Source: Octopus sinensis (Eukaryota). Taken from it: 64,000 nucleotides of DNA. The notes below the pieces were generated by a model. That model saw only the letters and a list, made by a program, of their open reading frames with translations, was not told the DNA's origin and ran no database searches. The position numbers and the translations under genes were made by a program. This document shows, piece after piece, positions 14,011 to 27,740 of the stretch (positions within the stretch are counted from its first letter, which is position 1; each line of letters begins with the position of its first letter). The DNA is taken from the NCBI RefSeq assembly GCF_006345805.1, contig NC_043011.1, positions 41,242,464-41,306,463 of the forward strand, read 5' to 3'.

Positions 14011-14755
14011 TTTTATCGAGTGACCAGCATGAAGTAAAAACCTTGTAGGTAACAATTTATATTAATTTATATAATACAGTTATATTAAAGGGTGCAGATA
14101 AACCCCCACCAACCTGCTAGAAATAGATACCATTTAGCATCTATTTCTAGTATGGATCACATGTAATATGTTGTAATATTATACAATCGTTAGCCTGCCA
14201 GGCAAAATGCTTAGCAGAATTTCATCCATCTTGACATTCTGAATTCAAATTCTGCTGAGGTCGACTTTGCCTGGAGCCCTGGGGCCAATGTAATCAGCTT
14301 ACTTCCTCCCCTGAAGTTGCTGGCCTGGTGCCAAAATTTGAAACCAATATCAAACAATTGTTCGTATTTATATTCATAATATATATGAACCGTATATTGT
14401 TGAAATGATTGTATTGAAGAAATGATTGTATTGAAGAAATAAATGTAAAACCATGACCTTCACTGTTGAAGAACTTTATGTATTTTGGACGTACAAACAG
14501 GAGAGAGTATTTACTTTGATGCCATTCCTAACTACAGATATTATATAGAATTTAGCCAGCACTGATTTTTGATATGTTTCATAAAGACACCAGATATAAA
14601 CAGACGTTTGTTTACATCTTACATCTCGATACGAAACGTCATAGCAAGAATCAGTGCTGGCTTTAAATTCTATAGAGAATCTGTAAAAATAACCTTAAAA
14701 TAATGTAAGAGCACTTTGCATAACAAAGTACCACATACCTACAAATCTTTGATGT

Positions 14756-14795
<40 letters not shown>

Positions 14796-14831
14796 GGGGG
14801 GAGAAAAAAAGATGCAAAAGGTAATACAAAC

Positions 14832-14976
14832 TTTGTGTCCAGGTAGTTGTAACACTTAAGAATGGCCACTTCAACATAAAACCGAGGAATAAGTTCCCGT
14901 ATGGATGCAATCTTGTAAAACCAGTTGTAGCATATTTCTTTGGCAGCATCAGGTACTTCAGAAGGTGAAAAGTTTT
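14832..14976 (-). CDS. VPS35L: VPS35L exon 9
   Basis: acatag/gtttgt, 145 nt; [48 protein letters not shown]. Confidence 0.96.
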
Positions 14977-15045
14977 CTATGTAAATAGAAACATTTGAGA
15001 TTTTTAATGTTACATTTACACATAATATATGTGTGTGTGTATACA

Positions 15046-15096
<51 letters not shown>

Positions 15097-15820
15097 GTGT
15101 GTGTATACATGTCTGTGTGTGTGTGTATATATATATATACATACATACAGGCATGTGTGGTGTGTGTATACACATGCATATGAACATGTGTGTATATACA
15201 CACTGTATGTGTATATATATACATGTGGACAGACAGACAGACATGCAAATGCACTGTGAAGAGCGATACATAACCAAAGCTGAGGTCCAGTCGTAGGGGC
15301 CTCACCCAACTCCTATATCTGGTGTGGTAAGATGCCTGGCATCAAATCTAAAGATAGGCAAGTGTGCAGAATGCAAACCATGTAATAATAATAATTTACA
15401 GAAAACATTTCTGGCATTTAATACTTTAGAAAACACATACAGGGTCCATCAAATTATTGTCAGGGTCACATAACTGCTTGGTGAAACATTATATAAACTT
15501 CTTTATGTGCCACTGGCATGGGGATCCAGTCAGGTGGTGCTGGCATCAGCCCCAACTACAATTTCCATTTGATTGTGGTTTGATTTGATTTTGATATTGT
15601 ATATTTTTTGATTTTGATACTGTATATTTTTTTTTACTCTTTCCATAATTTGTATGTATATATTTTATCATAAATGCAAAACACCACCACAGAGGAATCG
15701 GCATAATAAACCATGATAGGTGAACCATGATACGGGAAGGGATTACTGTATATGCCTACAAACAACCTCATATCCTGTTGAGGATATGAAGTTCATATCC
15801 ATTGAAGTTATATGAAGTTC

Positions 15821-15900
15821 TAGGCAGCGCGTGAGTCTCATAATCAAACTAAGCACGTTGAGGAATCTGAAGGTCGTGAGTTCGATCCTCACCTGGGGCA
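15821..15900 (+). pseudogene. 5'-truncated tRNA-Met(CAU)-like sequence with 22-nt insert at 37/38, followed by SINE-type tail
   Basis: TAGGCAGCGCGTGAGTCTCATA[22 nt]ATCTGAAGGTCGTGAGTTCGATCCTCACCTGGGGCA matches elongator tRNA-Met from the D loop onward; 5' acceptor strand missing. Confidence 0.75.
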
Positions 15901-16148
15901 CATTACTTTTATTTTTCAGTGGTGGTGCCCCAGCATGGCTGCGGCCTTCGAGCTAAAACATTTTAAAGGATTTTAAGGATATAGGCGATGAGCTTCATAT
16001 CCAATAGAGGCACAGAACAATGAAAGAAAATAATCTAAAAAAAAAAAATCTGTCATAGATAAATGATATGATATATGTAGAATTGAGGAAACAATGTGAT
16101 GAATGCAGATAAAGGCCAAAAAGTGAAAGTAAAATTATTTCCAAATAC

Positions 16149-16223
16149 CAGACAATGTAACTGGTTGGGTTCCGGGAGAAGTCACCATAGCTTTTTCTTT
16201 CAGACGATCATAGACTAGTTTTC
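16149..16223 (-). CDS. VPS35L: VPS35L exon 8
   Basis: ctttag/gtattt, 75 nt; GKLVYDRLKEKAMVTSPGTQPVTLS; phases 1/1 fit neighbours. Confidence 0.9.
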
Positions 16224-16499
16224 CTAAAGAAAAGATAAAAAATAAAACAGAAAATTATTCATACTGACATTGTTAATGTGTATTGTATCATCATTTAACA
16301 TCCATTGATCTGCTGTCATAGGTTGGACGGTGTTACCTGGATTGGTAAGCTAAGGGACTGCACCAGACTCTAGTCTGATTTGGCATGGTATCTACAGCTG
16401 GATGCCCTTCCATTCTGAGTATAATGGGTGCTTTAACATGCCACTGGCACAAGTGCCAGTTATGTGACACTGGTATTGGTCATATTGCCCCTGTGAGGT

Positions 16500-17215
16500 C
16501 CAGCACTCGAATGGTGCTTTTTACATTCCACCAGCATTGGCCACATTGCATTTCTTTATACAGCTGTCTTCGTCCATACACATCACATGACCATACCAGC
16601 ACAGCCATCTCTCTTGTACATAACACCTGATTCCTCTTATGCCAACTTTTCTCTCGAGATGCTTACACTGTCAAATATTCACACTGACATTGCACATCCA
16701 GCGAAGTATACTAGCTTTATTTCTTTCAAGCCTACACATGTTCTTGATGATCACAGGCCATGTTTCACTGTTGTATAGCATAGCTGTTCACACACAAGCA
16801 TCATACAGTCTGCCTTTCACTCTAAAGGAGAAGCCCTTTATTGCCAGCAGCAGAAGTAGGAGCTCTCTGAACTTTGCCCAGCCTACTTTTATTCTCGCAA
16901 CTACACTCTTGGAGCAACCACCTCCACTACTGACTTGATTGCCTAAATAATGGAAGCTAACAACCACCTCTAGCTTACCCCACTTGTAGTCGATGGAGTC
17001 TATTTTCTGTACATTTACAGTGTTTATTGTACCTGTGCATCTTCCACACACAAAAACTATTTTCCCAGTTAACCTTCCTCTGATATTGCTGCACCTCTTA
17101 TGTGTCCATATCTTGCACTGGTACATCTTATGGAGTTTCTACCTACACCTTTCCTACAGATTGAGCAGGCCATCTACCTGAAGGGATTTGTGGTTTGTCT
17201 GCTTTCCTACATACT
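16500..17215 (-). mobile_element. RTE-type LINE 3' fragment
   Basis: WTHKRCS...FVCGRC, EVVVSFHYLGNQVSSGGGCSKSVVARIKVGWAKFRELL, KGRLYDACV. Confidence 0.85.
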
Positions 17216-17681
17216 AAGACTCTGGTTTTTATTAGATTAACTCCAAGGCCCTTTGATTCCAGGCCTTGCTTCCACACCTGAAATCACTTCTCAAGTTCTG
17301 GTAATGATTCACATTATATGTATATGTATGCATGTAAGTACATGAGTATCTTTTACTTGTTTCAGTCATTGGACTGTGACCAACTGGAGCTAGTCCAGTG
17401 GTTTTCACCTCGAGTCCAAATGACCCTTGGGGGTCCATATACGATTTTGTAGTAATTTATGTGCAATAACCTGGTTATACTCCAACAATACACAAAATAT
17501 CTTAATTTTTTTTATACAATTCCGAATATTCATAAAAATTTATAATGGGATTTTTAAAACATCGAACGGTTATGAGGGCTCATCTGAATTAAGATAGGAA
17601 CTAAAGGGGTCCAAAGGTAAGCAACATAGTTGAGGACCATAGGTTTAGTCAAACAAATCAATTTTATGTTTCTTCACTTAC

Positions 17682-17766
17682 CAAATGTGTCGAGAATATC
17701 TGTAACCAAGACAAATTTGCTTGGGTAGAACTGAATAACCGATGTATCCGATAACAACTTGGAACA
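17682..17766 (-). CDS. VPS35L: VPS35L exon 7
   Basis: ttgtag/gtaagt, 85 nt; [29 protein letters not shown], near-identical to vertebrate VPS35L as recalled. Confidence 0.97.
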
Positions 17767-17991
17767 CTACAAAATATAAGGGAAAAGAAATATCATAGCA
17801 ATTTAAAGAATGAGAAAAAGCAAGCACAAATTCACAAGGGAACAGTGTTATCTTAATTACAAAGGAATTATTAAAATCATAATTTTCCATACTAGAATGT
17901 TTACTTGCATCTACATTGTGTTTCAAGCAATTTGATTTGTATGTGTAGCTATAGCCTAGAAGATAAAATCATTATTGCTAAGTCATCAAAA

Positions 17992-18240
17992 TTTTACATT
18001 ATTTACATTTGACAGATATAAGTCCTCATCTTGTTTGTTGTTAACACAATGTTTCGGCTGATATACCCTCCAGCTTTCATCAGGTGTCTTGGGGAAATTT
18101 CAAACCTGGGTTCTTATTTCTAAGGTATTTTTTGATGTTATAATATATTATATAATTATTATTATTATTATCACTGCCTGGAATCGAACTCGGAATCTTG
18201 GGGTTAGTAGCCCCTCTTAACCACTATGCCATATGCCCGC
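17992..18240 (-). mobile_element. Composite SINE: tRNA-like head, (TAA)n, hammerhead-bearing tail
   Basis: A box TGGCATAGTGG, B box GAGTTCGATTCC; hammerhead motif 18043-18088; second copy 43334-43572 (+). Confidence 0.7.
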
Positions 18241-19492
18241 AGGCATATAGAACTGTAAGTCTACAAAGTTTTCTGGTTCCAATCTAGTCTATGACCATAC
18301 AAACGATCATGAATAAATTACCTGATGAATGATTTGCGATACAAAACTTATTGAAATGGTGGAGATGTTAAATATGCATTTTAAGGCGATGTTGATGGTC
18401 TGGAAAACTAAAATCTTATTGAAAACAACTGGTCCTTAGTTCAAATCTAGTCTGGGACTGTGTGTGCATTTAGAAATAAGATTCCTTGATAACAATAGGA
18501 AATTAAGCCAATTGTAACTATGGTAAGATAAGATTTATGACTTGCAGTGTAAACATAAATATACATTCTGAAGATGAAGCTAAGTGTAATATAGAAACAT
18601 TGTGTGTGTGTATATGTGTGCAGATTATATCATCATTATCATCATCATCATCGTTTAGCGTCCGCTTTCCATGCTAGCATGGGTTGGACGGTTCAACTGG
18701 GGTCTGGGAAGCCAGAAGGCTGCACCAGGCCCAGTCTGATCTGGCAATGTTTCTACGGCTGGATGCCCTTCCTAATGCCAACCACTCCATGAGTGTAGTG
18801 GGTGCTTTTTACATGCCACCGGCACAGGTGCCAGACAAGGCTGGCAAACGGCCACGATCGGCTGGTGCTTTTTACGTGATATATATGGATTATAACCCCT
18901 TCTGTATACTACATATATACAGCGATGTGCTGTGCTTGAGAGGACTCGCCAAGCCAAGTGCACCTCTGCTGGTGGCATGTAAAGAACATGTTTCGAGTGC
19001 TGTGCCTCCTGTAGGCTAAGTGGCTGACTTCCTTTCAAGTGTTGGGCCTCACGGAGGCAATGACTGAGACCTTTGGCATTATGTTGGGCTTGAGAAGATC
19101 TATCAAGCCAAGCAAAGTCACAGTTGTGGCAAATACTGGTATCATGCAAATGGCACCTGTGCCAGTGGCACATAAACACACTTATTACACTCTCGGAGGG
19201 GGTAGACGTTAGGAAGGGCATCCATCCGTAGAAAACCTGGAGTCTGGTGCAGCTTTCCAGCGTGCCAGCCCAAACAGTCCAACCTATGCCAGCATGGACA
19301 ATGGACGTTAAATGATGATACACATACACACATACATACTGTAAAGATAAAGTTAACAATCTAAAGTTCTCAAGTGTAGATATAAATATACACTAACCAT
19401 GAGTGTATAGTTATATCTACACTTAGTAAATTATAGTAATCTTATTAACACCTCAATTCAGAAATTTAGATATCAAATAAATTATTGCTTAC

Positions 19493-19621
19493 CTGTATGG
19501 CTATTTTGAGGGATTTCACTCGTTGGTCTTGGTCCCAAGCATTAATAAGGGCCATATTGAGTTCATCGATTCTCTTCACATATTCTTGTTGACTCAAATC
19601 CAACATTTCTTGCACAGAACC
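19493..19621 (-). CDS. VPS35L: VPS35L exon 6
   Basis: ttgcag/gtaagc, 129 nt; GSVQEMLDLSQQEYVKRIDELNMALINAWDQDQRVKSLKIAIQ. Confidence 0.96.
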
Positions 19622-20394
19622 CTGCAATGAAGAAATCCAATTTTTCACAGAAATTTCAATTAAAAAAATTTTTTTAAAAAAACCCTCCTCCCAAAGAAAC
19701 CTCTACATACACACACCATGTGAGACCTTGTAGAGCATATGCGGAACAATCCAACTACAGTCAACAAATTCTTGTTAACTTTAAACCAGGGACCACACGT
19801 TTCAAGAGCTAAAATTAAAAAACACTGTCCCATCTATAAAGACCTGCAACTTTTGGGTCCTGATATTTGCTAGTGTCAATATCACTGAAGTGAAGAGCCC
19901 CGTCCTACTTCAAGGACCAAGCCTGAAATCTAATTTTGACACAACCTACTCCTCCACAAAGAGGTATAAATAAAAACCTACAGAAGATAAATGTCAGAAT
20001 GGAATGCTTTCATTTTGCAAATCACAGTGATCCATGGATTCAATGCTTCCCCTAAATATTCTTTTTTACTTGGTTCAGTCATTTGACAGAGGCCATGCTG
20101 GAGCATTGCCTTAAAGGGTTTTAGACAAAGAAATCCACCCCAGGAGTTATTTTTTGTAAGCCTAGTACTTATTCTAATCAGTCTCTTTTGCCGAACTGCT
20201 ACATTATGGGGACGTAAACACACCAACATCAGTTGTCAAGCAATGGTAGGGAGACATACCAACCACATGGTTCCAAGTTCAGTCCCACTGTATGGAACCT
20301 TGGGCAAGTGTCTTCTACTATAGCCTTGGGCTGACCAAAGCCTTGTGAGTGGATTTGGTAGACAGAAACTGAAAGAAGCCTGCCGTGTATGTGA

Positions 20395-20467
<73 letters not shown>

Positions 20468-21159
20468 TATGTATGTATGTATGTATGTGTGTGTGTGTAT
20501 ATATTTGTGTGTCTGTGTTTGTCCCCCAACATTGCTTGACAGCCGATGCTGGTGTGTTTACATCTCCCATAACTTAGCGGTTCGGCAAAATAGACCAATA
20601 GAATAAGTACTAGACTTACAAAGAATAAGTCCTGGGGTCGATATCTTTGACTAAAGGCGGTGCTCCAGCACGGCCGCAGTCAAATGACTGACACAAGTAA
20701 AAGAGTATACATACATACATATTATAGATATATAGGCTTCTTTCAGTTTCCATCTACCAAATCCATACAACAAGGATTTGGTTGGCCTGAGAGTATAGTA
20801 GAAGCCACTTGCCCAGGGTGCTACGCAGTGGGACTGAACTCAGAACCATGTGGTTGGGGAGCAAGCTTCATACTACACAGCCATGCCTGTACCTATTTAA
20901 GACATGTTTATTGCAGACAGCTCACTCTTTCGCACAACTGGTGGATAACTTATCAATTCCTTGGTGTCACCACTTAACACAGTGTGAACTGGGTGAATAG
21001 GGCCATTGAAAGTCAAGTGCCTGACAGGTTGTCTATGGCCAGATGCCTTTCCTATCACCAACCCTCACCTATTTCCAAGCAAGGTAATATCCCCCCCAGA
21101 GCCAGACATGTGACAGTGACACTCATGTGCAATTATCATGCAACGTCAAGACAAGGTGG

Positions 21160-21910
21160 TACATACATGCATATTCACACACCCACATATACATTCACGC
21201 ATAGACGCACACACACATACAAACCCTCATATACATTCATGCATACACACACACACCCTCATATACATTCATGTACACACACACACACACACACATCCTC
21301 ATATACATTCATGCACACACACATATCCTCATATACATTCATGCACACACACACACATCCTCATATATATTCACGCACACACACACACCCTTATATACAT
21401 TCATGCACACACACACACCCTCATATACATTCATGCACACACACACATCCTCATATACATTCATGCACACACACACATCCTCATATACATTCATGCACAC
21501 ACACACATCCTCATATACATTCATGCACACACACACATCCTCATATACATTCATGCACACACACACATCCTCATATACATTCATGCACACACACACACAC
21601 ATCCTCATATACATTCATGCACACACACACACACACACACACATCCTTATATACATTCATGCACACACACACATCCTCATATACATTCATGCACACACAC
21701 ATCCTCATATACATTCATGCACACACACCCTCATATACATTCATGCACACACATCCTCATATACATTCATGCACACACACACACCCTCATACACATTCAT
21801 GGACACACACACACACCCTCATATATGTTCATGGACACACACACACACATCTTCATATACGTTCATGGACACACACATATCCTCATATACATTCATGCAC
21901 ATACACACAA
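21160..21910. repeat. ~28-bp minisatellite (CA)nTCCTCATATACATTCATG
   Basis: Roughly 25 copies with variable CA length. Confidence 0.95.
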
Positions 21911-22193
21911 TGGGCTTTTTTTCAGTTTCCATCTACCAAATCCACTGACAAAAGTTAGGTCAGCTCTAAGGTTCCATGTCATGGGAATGAAACCCAAACC
22001 ATTTGGTTAAAAAGCAAGCTTCTTACCCACACAGGCATGCCTGCATATATGCCATTAAAATATACAATTGGGTTACCCAGACAAAAGTTATGGCACAATT
22101 TGCAAACTCAGCCTATCACTTCATAGTAAAGTTTGGTAATTCTAGAATTTATTTGGAGATTAAAAAAAAAAACATTTTTAATCTTTAATGTAC

Positions 22194-22267
22194 CTCTTCA
22201 AAATCGTCCAACTGTTCCAGTCTGTTCTTTACTTTATCTGTAACAGTGCTTTGAGTTTTAATAATAA
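22194..22267 (-). CDS. VPS35L: VPS35L exon 5
   Basis: ttgcag/gtacat, 74 nt; VIIKTQSTVTDKVKNRLEQLDDFEE (absent from ORF track, translated by hand). Confidence 0.93.
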
Positions 22268-24842
22268 CTGCAAGATTGGAAAGAAAAGCAGAGAATAAAA
22301 ATTATTAATAAATTTAAAAGCAATTTAGAAATTGTTAAAAGAAAGTGAATGCAAAATATTTGCCCTACATCATGGCTAACTGCACTCATCTCTCGGCCTT
22401 AAAGCTAATTGCATGAAACCTCTGCAAAGAAGTCTGTCATTCTGTTAAACCCACTGATCACACACACACACTCACTGTATATATTTGTAACAGAATAGTG
22501 TATTGAGTACTTTTACAATTTTCTCAGACAAATATCATCATCATTTAATATCCACCTTCCATGCTGGCATGAGTCGGACAGTTTGACCAGGACTGGTAAG
22601 TCAGAAGACTGTACCAAGCTCTGCTGTCTGCTTTGGCATGGTTTTTTTACGGCTGGATGTCCATCCTAATGCCATCCACTTGACCAAGTGGATGGGGTGC
22701 TTTTTACATGGCACCAGCACTGGCAAGGTCTGCTTTGGCATGATTTCTTATGGCTTGATGTCCTTCCTAATACCAACCACTTTCGAGAATGGACAGGGTG
22801 ATTTTTACACGAGACAAAACACCAGTGGGGTTACCAAGTAATTTGCAAGACAAAGATCCCTCAAGGTGGGGTGTTGGAGGAGAGAATCAGAAAATATACA
22901 TAGAAAAAAAAAAAAGAAGCTTATGGAAGAAGGAAACCCAAGAAGACATGGGCTGAAGTGGTAAAGAAGGACCTCAAGATGTTGAGTTTCTTGGAGATGA
23001 CAGCGGAACAAGATTAATGGTGAAAAGCTGCACAGGATGACTTGTCAATCTCACCTTTCCCAATAACTCGACATCTAATATCCATTCAGCAATGAAGGCC
23101 TGTGGCTTAACGTTTACAGGCTTTCAGCTCATGATTGTCAGGTTGTGAGTTTGATTACCAGCGGTACGTCATGTCCTTGAGCAAAACACTTTATATCACA
23201 TTGCTCCAGTCCACTCAGCTGACAAAAATGTGTAGCACCTGTAATTACAAAGGGGCCAGGCTTGTCCCATTTTGTGTCATGCTGAATCTCCCTCAGAACT
23301 ACATTAAGGATACATGTGTCTGTGGAGTGCTCAGCCACTTGCACATTAATTGCATGAGCAGGCTGTTCTGCTGATCGTATCAACTGGGACCCTCGTTGTC
23401 ATAGCCAACAGAGTGCCAGTGAAAAAGTTAACACTCATTCCAAGGTACCCTACTTCTTTCTAAGGTACCCTATTTCTTCCCAAGTACCCTATTTCTTTCT
23501 TTCACTTCTCGCCCACTGAACCGATATTCTCAGTGTCCAAATGATTCCTTATCTCTAATCATCTGCCACACTACTCTCACTCGAGCACAACTACCTACCC
23601 ATCCACCCTTTCTACTCCTATATCCTATTCTCTCTCTCATATTCATCTTGTAACTTAACCTCACACCCCTCTCTCTCTCCCCTCCCTCTAGACAGGTAAA
23701 CCATCGATTCACCTCTTCAGCAAAACACCTGCTCCTGTCCCTCCATCTTAGTTTCTTAACCCTCAGTATTATACCCGACTCAGTTGAGTCCCTTGGTGAC
23801 CACCCCACCACCAGTGCTAGTGCGACAGAAAAAGCACTCAGCACATTCTACAAAGTGGTTGGCACAAAAAAGAGCACATGGCTGTAGAAACTATGCAAAA
23901 GCAGAGATTAGGTCTTGGCAGTGTTCTGGTTTGCCTGTTCATGTCAAACCATATCCAACCCATGCCAACATGGAAAGAAGGGACATTAGATAATGATGGT
24001 GGTGGTGTGTGTGTGTACATACATGCATACATACTTATATCATTTTTAACAGCCATTTTCCATGCTTGCATATGTCAGAGAGAATTTATTAAGGCAGGTT
24101 TTCTTCAGCCAGAAGCCCTTCATAGTATATCAATACATGACATATACACTTTTACTCTTTTATTTGTTTCAGTCATTTGACTGCAGCCAAGCTGGAGCAA
24201 CGCCTATTAGTCGAGCAAATCAACCCCAGGACTTATTCTATCAGTCTCTTTTGCCGAACTGCTAAGTTACGTGGACGTAAACACACCAGCACCGGTTGTT
24301 AAGCGATGTTCGGGGGAGAAACACAAACACACATATATATATATATACATACATACGACGAGCAGCTTTCAGTTTCCGTCTATGAAATCAACTCACAAGG
24401 CTTTGGTCGGCCCGAGGCTATAGTAGAAGACACTTGCCCAAAGTGCCACGCAGTAGGACTGAACCCAGAACCATGTGGTTGGTAAGCAAGCTACTTACCA
24501 CACAACCATTCCTGCACCTATATCTTTAATCTTATTAACTCTTCTGATACAAATCCACTTTTTGCTCTTTCATACTGAACCATCTGTTCAAGAGTGTTCA
24601 TATTTAATAGTTTTCTATCATAATTTTACTGAAGAAGCTTCTTTTCATTAAACCTTGTGATACCAACCAGTCAGAGACTGCCCCATGTTCTAAGATAAAA
24701 AAAACTTCCTGTTTTAAAGTAACTTAAATTAAAAGCTTCCATCGACATTTCATTATTTATGTTCCAAATTCCAGCTTAATGACAAAATTATTTAAATAAA
24801 TTCTTCAATATTTTCAGAATTACTTGAAACCAAAGCAATGTC

Positions 24843-25523
24843 CAGGGTGGCCACAAAGTCAGCACAAAGTCATCATGGGAGAAATCAAGTATGCTTTATT
24901 AGTAGTGAAGTAGGTAATCCAATATGAAAGTTCAAAGTGTTGGCCATGTAGCTCTAAACGAGTGTTCATATGGAATTTGAAATTGCAATGAACCCTCTCA
25001 AATAGCTTTTCATTGCCGTTAACTTGTCCACCTGCTTCAACAGTCCTTCGAAGAAGATGTCTTTGGTCATGAATCTTTTTAGAATACACAAGGAATTCAA
25101 TGTAGCCCCAGAAGAAAAAGTACATGTAAGTTAAATCTGGTGACTGGGGTGCCCATTCGATTGGCCCGCAACGCCCGAGCCATCTCTCTGGAAAATGTTC
25201 GTTCAGAAAATCACGAACCTGTAATGCATAATGGGGAGAAGCCCCATACTTTTGAAACCAGACAGGATTTCCCCTTCCAAATGAGGCATCATCTTGTTGC
25301 CAAACGTCCAGATACGAATACCTGCCACAGAGCCCTCAAAATAAAATGGTCCAATTGTGCCAAATCCCACACCACACCATTAGCTTGCCCTTGGCTTGTT
25401 GATTATCTGCCTCCATCCAATGAGGATTGTTTGTGAGTAATATTGGCAGTTGGGAAAAGGGATAACGAGAATGTTAGCAATTTTACATATTGCAGGATGG
25501 TGCTTGACTTTATGGCCACCCTG
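24843..25523 (-). mobile_element. Internally deleted Tc1/mariner-superfamily element
   Basis: TIRs CAGGGTGGCCACAAAGTCA / TGACTTTATGGCCACCCTG; relic GASPHYALQVRDFLNEHFPERWLGRCGPIEWAPQSPDL...FFFWGY. Confidence 0.88.
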
Positions 25524-25725
25524 TATTTGAACTGAAGTATGATAACAAAAGGGGTTCATCTTCCAACAAACAGCTCAATAATCCACAAAGAAAAATTTAG
25601 CTTTTTATTAAATCCCTCAAATTCTTGTTTATTTTAAAGATTAATTAACCTTAAAACTTTGCATTTTTGTTAAAAATATGGTCACGAAGAAGGTTAACTA
25701 CCTTTATTTGAATTCCATGACTTAC

Positions 25726-25873
25726 CTTTTTCTTTGTCAGATGTTGACAGAAAACTGGTGGTGATTGACAGCTTTTCAGATGTGGTGTACTTTGAAAGAA
25801 TCCCAGCTTTTTTCAGACACCATGGCTCAAAGTTATCATCTTCAGTTCCAGAACGAATTGAAATACTTCTTTC
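25726..25873 (-). CDS. VPS35L: VPS35L exon 4
   Basis: tttcag/gtaagt, 148 nt; NFEPWCLKKAGILSKYTTSEKLSI. Confidence 0.95.
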
Positions 25874-27469
25874 CTGAAATAAAGGCACAAAACTATTCAT
25901 TACTGGGTTGATTTAACCCAGTAGCATTTAACCCATATCTGACCCCAAATATTCTACATTTTTTATGTTCAAACTGGCCAGATCTGACCTTTAATACCCC
26001 GTTGAGACCTTTGGCATCATGTTGTGCTTAAGAAGACGCATCAAGCCAAGCAAAATTGCAGTTATGGCAGATCCCGGTGTCACACAAACTGGCACCCTTG
26101 CCAGTGGCATGGAAAATCCCCCATTACACTCTCAGAATGGTTGGTGTTAGGAAGGGCATCCAGCCGTAGAAAACCATTCCAAATCATAATGGAGTCTGGT
26201 GCAGCCTTCCAGCTTACCAGCTCTGGTCAAACCGTCCAACCCATGCCATCATGGACAATGGACGTTAAATGATGAAATTACGAGATAATGCGAGATAGTG
26301 TGAATAAATAAGCATTACATTTGACAGAATAATCTGAAAGCGAAAGGGTTAAACCGGCCATATGTAATCCAAATACTTTTCTGGTTTTATGTTCAAGCTA
26401 GCTACATCAGGTCTCTCACACCTACCCTACAATGTCATTCTAAAACTAATCTGTCATATCATAATTGTCATTTCTTACCCACAACTTTATCATCATTGTT
26501 TTAACATGCACTTTCATCACTGGCATTTAATGTCCACTCCCTATGCTGGCATGGGCTGGACAGTTTAACTGAAGTTGACAAGCTGGAGAGCTGCACCAGG
26601 TTCCAGTCTGATTTGGCATGGTTTCTACAGCTGGATGCCCTTCTTAATGCCAAGATATTTCCCCATAGCCAGACATATTTTCATAGAGGATTGGAAATGA
26701 ATGACACTCCTTACATGACACTCATTCACAACTATCAAGAGAAGAAGACAAAAAGACACTTGTGCACACACAAACTCACACATTATGGGCTTCTTTCAGT
26801 TTCCAGTTACCAAATTCACTAACAAGGGTTCATTTGACCTGGGGCTGTAGTAGAAGACACTTGTCCAAGGTGCCATGCAGTGGGACTGAACCAAAACCAT
26901 GTGGTTATAGTTTTCCCAAAAGCTATAAGATGTTCCACAAGTGCTCAGTTCTGAGCGCACTGTTTCTTATAGTAGAAACAGCTGTAAGCTAATGAAGTTC
27001 ACTGCATAATTCCTGTTCCTTTGTCATTCAATAATTAATAATATGTTCTGTACTCATCTAATGGTTTATTCTAAAGCACATGCATACTGAGTTCTAACAT
27101 TAGTATCACTATGCCTAAGTGAAATCAATACACACACACAAAACAGGCTTCTTTCAGTTGCCATTTATCAAATCTACTCGCATGGCTTAGGTCATCCCAG
27201 GGCTGTGGCAGAAGGCACTTGCCCCAAAGTGCCACACAGTGGAACTGAACCCGAGACTGCAGGGTTAGGAAACCGACTGCTTTACCACACAGCCACAGAT
27301 GCACCAAGGCAGTGTGGTTATCTATACGTACAAAATTCTTTGTATCTCCGTCTCTTCCCTATGCATTCTCAAACAGCTCAACCAAATCAAATCAAATTTT
27401 ACAAGGTATCAGGCCCCGTGAGTGTCATCATGTAATTTTATTTTCATTTGCATTAAGACAATATGACAT

Positions 27470-27740
27470 TTTTTTTTTTACTTGACAGCATTCACCCAGG
27501 GTGGGTTGAGCTGGCTTCATTCATCCTCAATGCTGCATCTCTCACAAACGCCGACCAGGCCTGGCAATTTGAGGCTAACGACCGCGTGATCTCCAACCAC
27601 TCCTTATTCCAGCAGTGAACGCCGTAGATATGGGGGGCCTAGGCTAGGTTCCAGATCAGCCTTGACCGTCATCAGCCAGGTTTTTCATTGTCCCTATCTC
27701 CCCCCGTCTAGCCCGTATCCACCTCAGAGGTTCAGCTATC
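27470..27740 (-). mobile_element. RTE-type LINE 3' end with poly(A)
   Basis: KTWLMTVKADLE...WNKEWLEITRSLASNCQAWSAFVRDA followed by A-run. Confidence 0.65.

Noticed and set aside
13458-14055. Arg/Glu-rich and Ser/Leu/Pro-rich ORFs
   Set aside because: They are translations of the polypurine minisatellite.
14663-15277. 204-aa ORF as a single coding unit
   Set aside because: Only 14832-14976 is exon; the rest is microsatellite read-through.
20984-22010. His/Thr-rich ORFs of 225-324 aa
   Set aside because: All three frames are open because of a (CA)-based minisatellite inside VPS35L intron 5.
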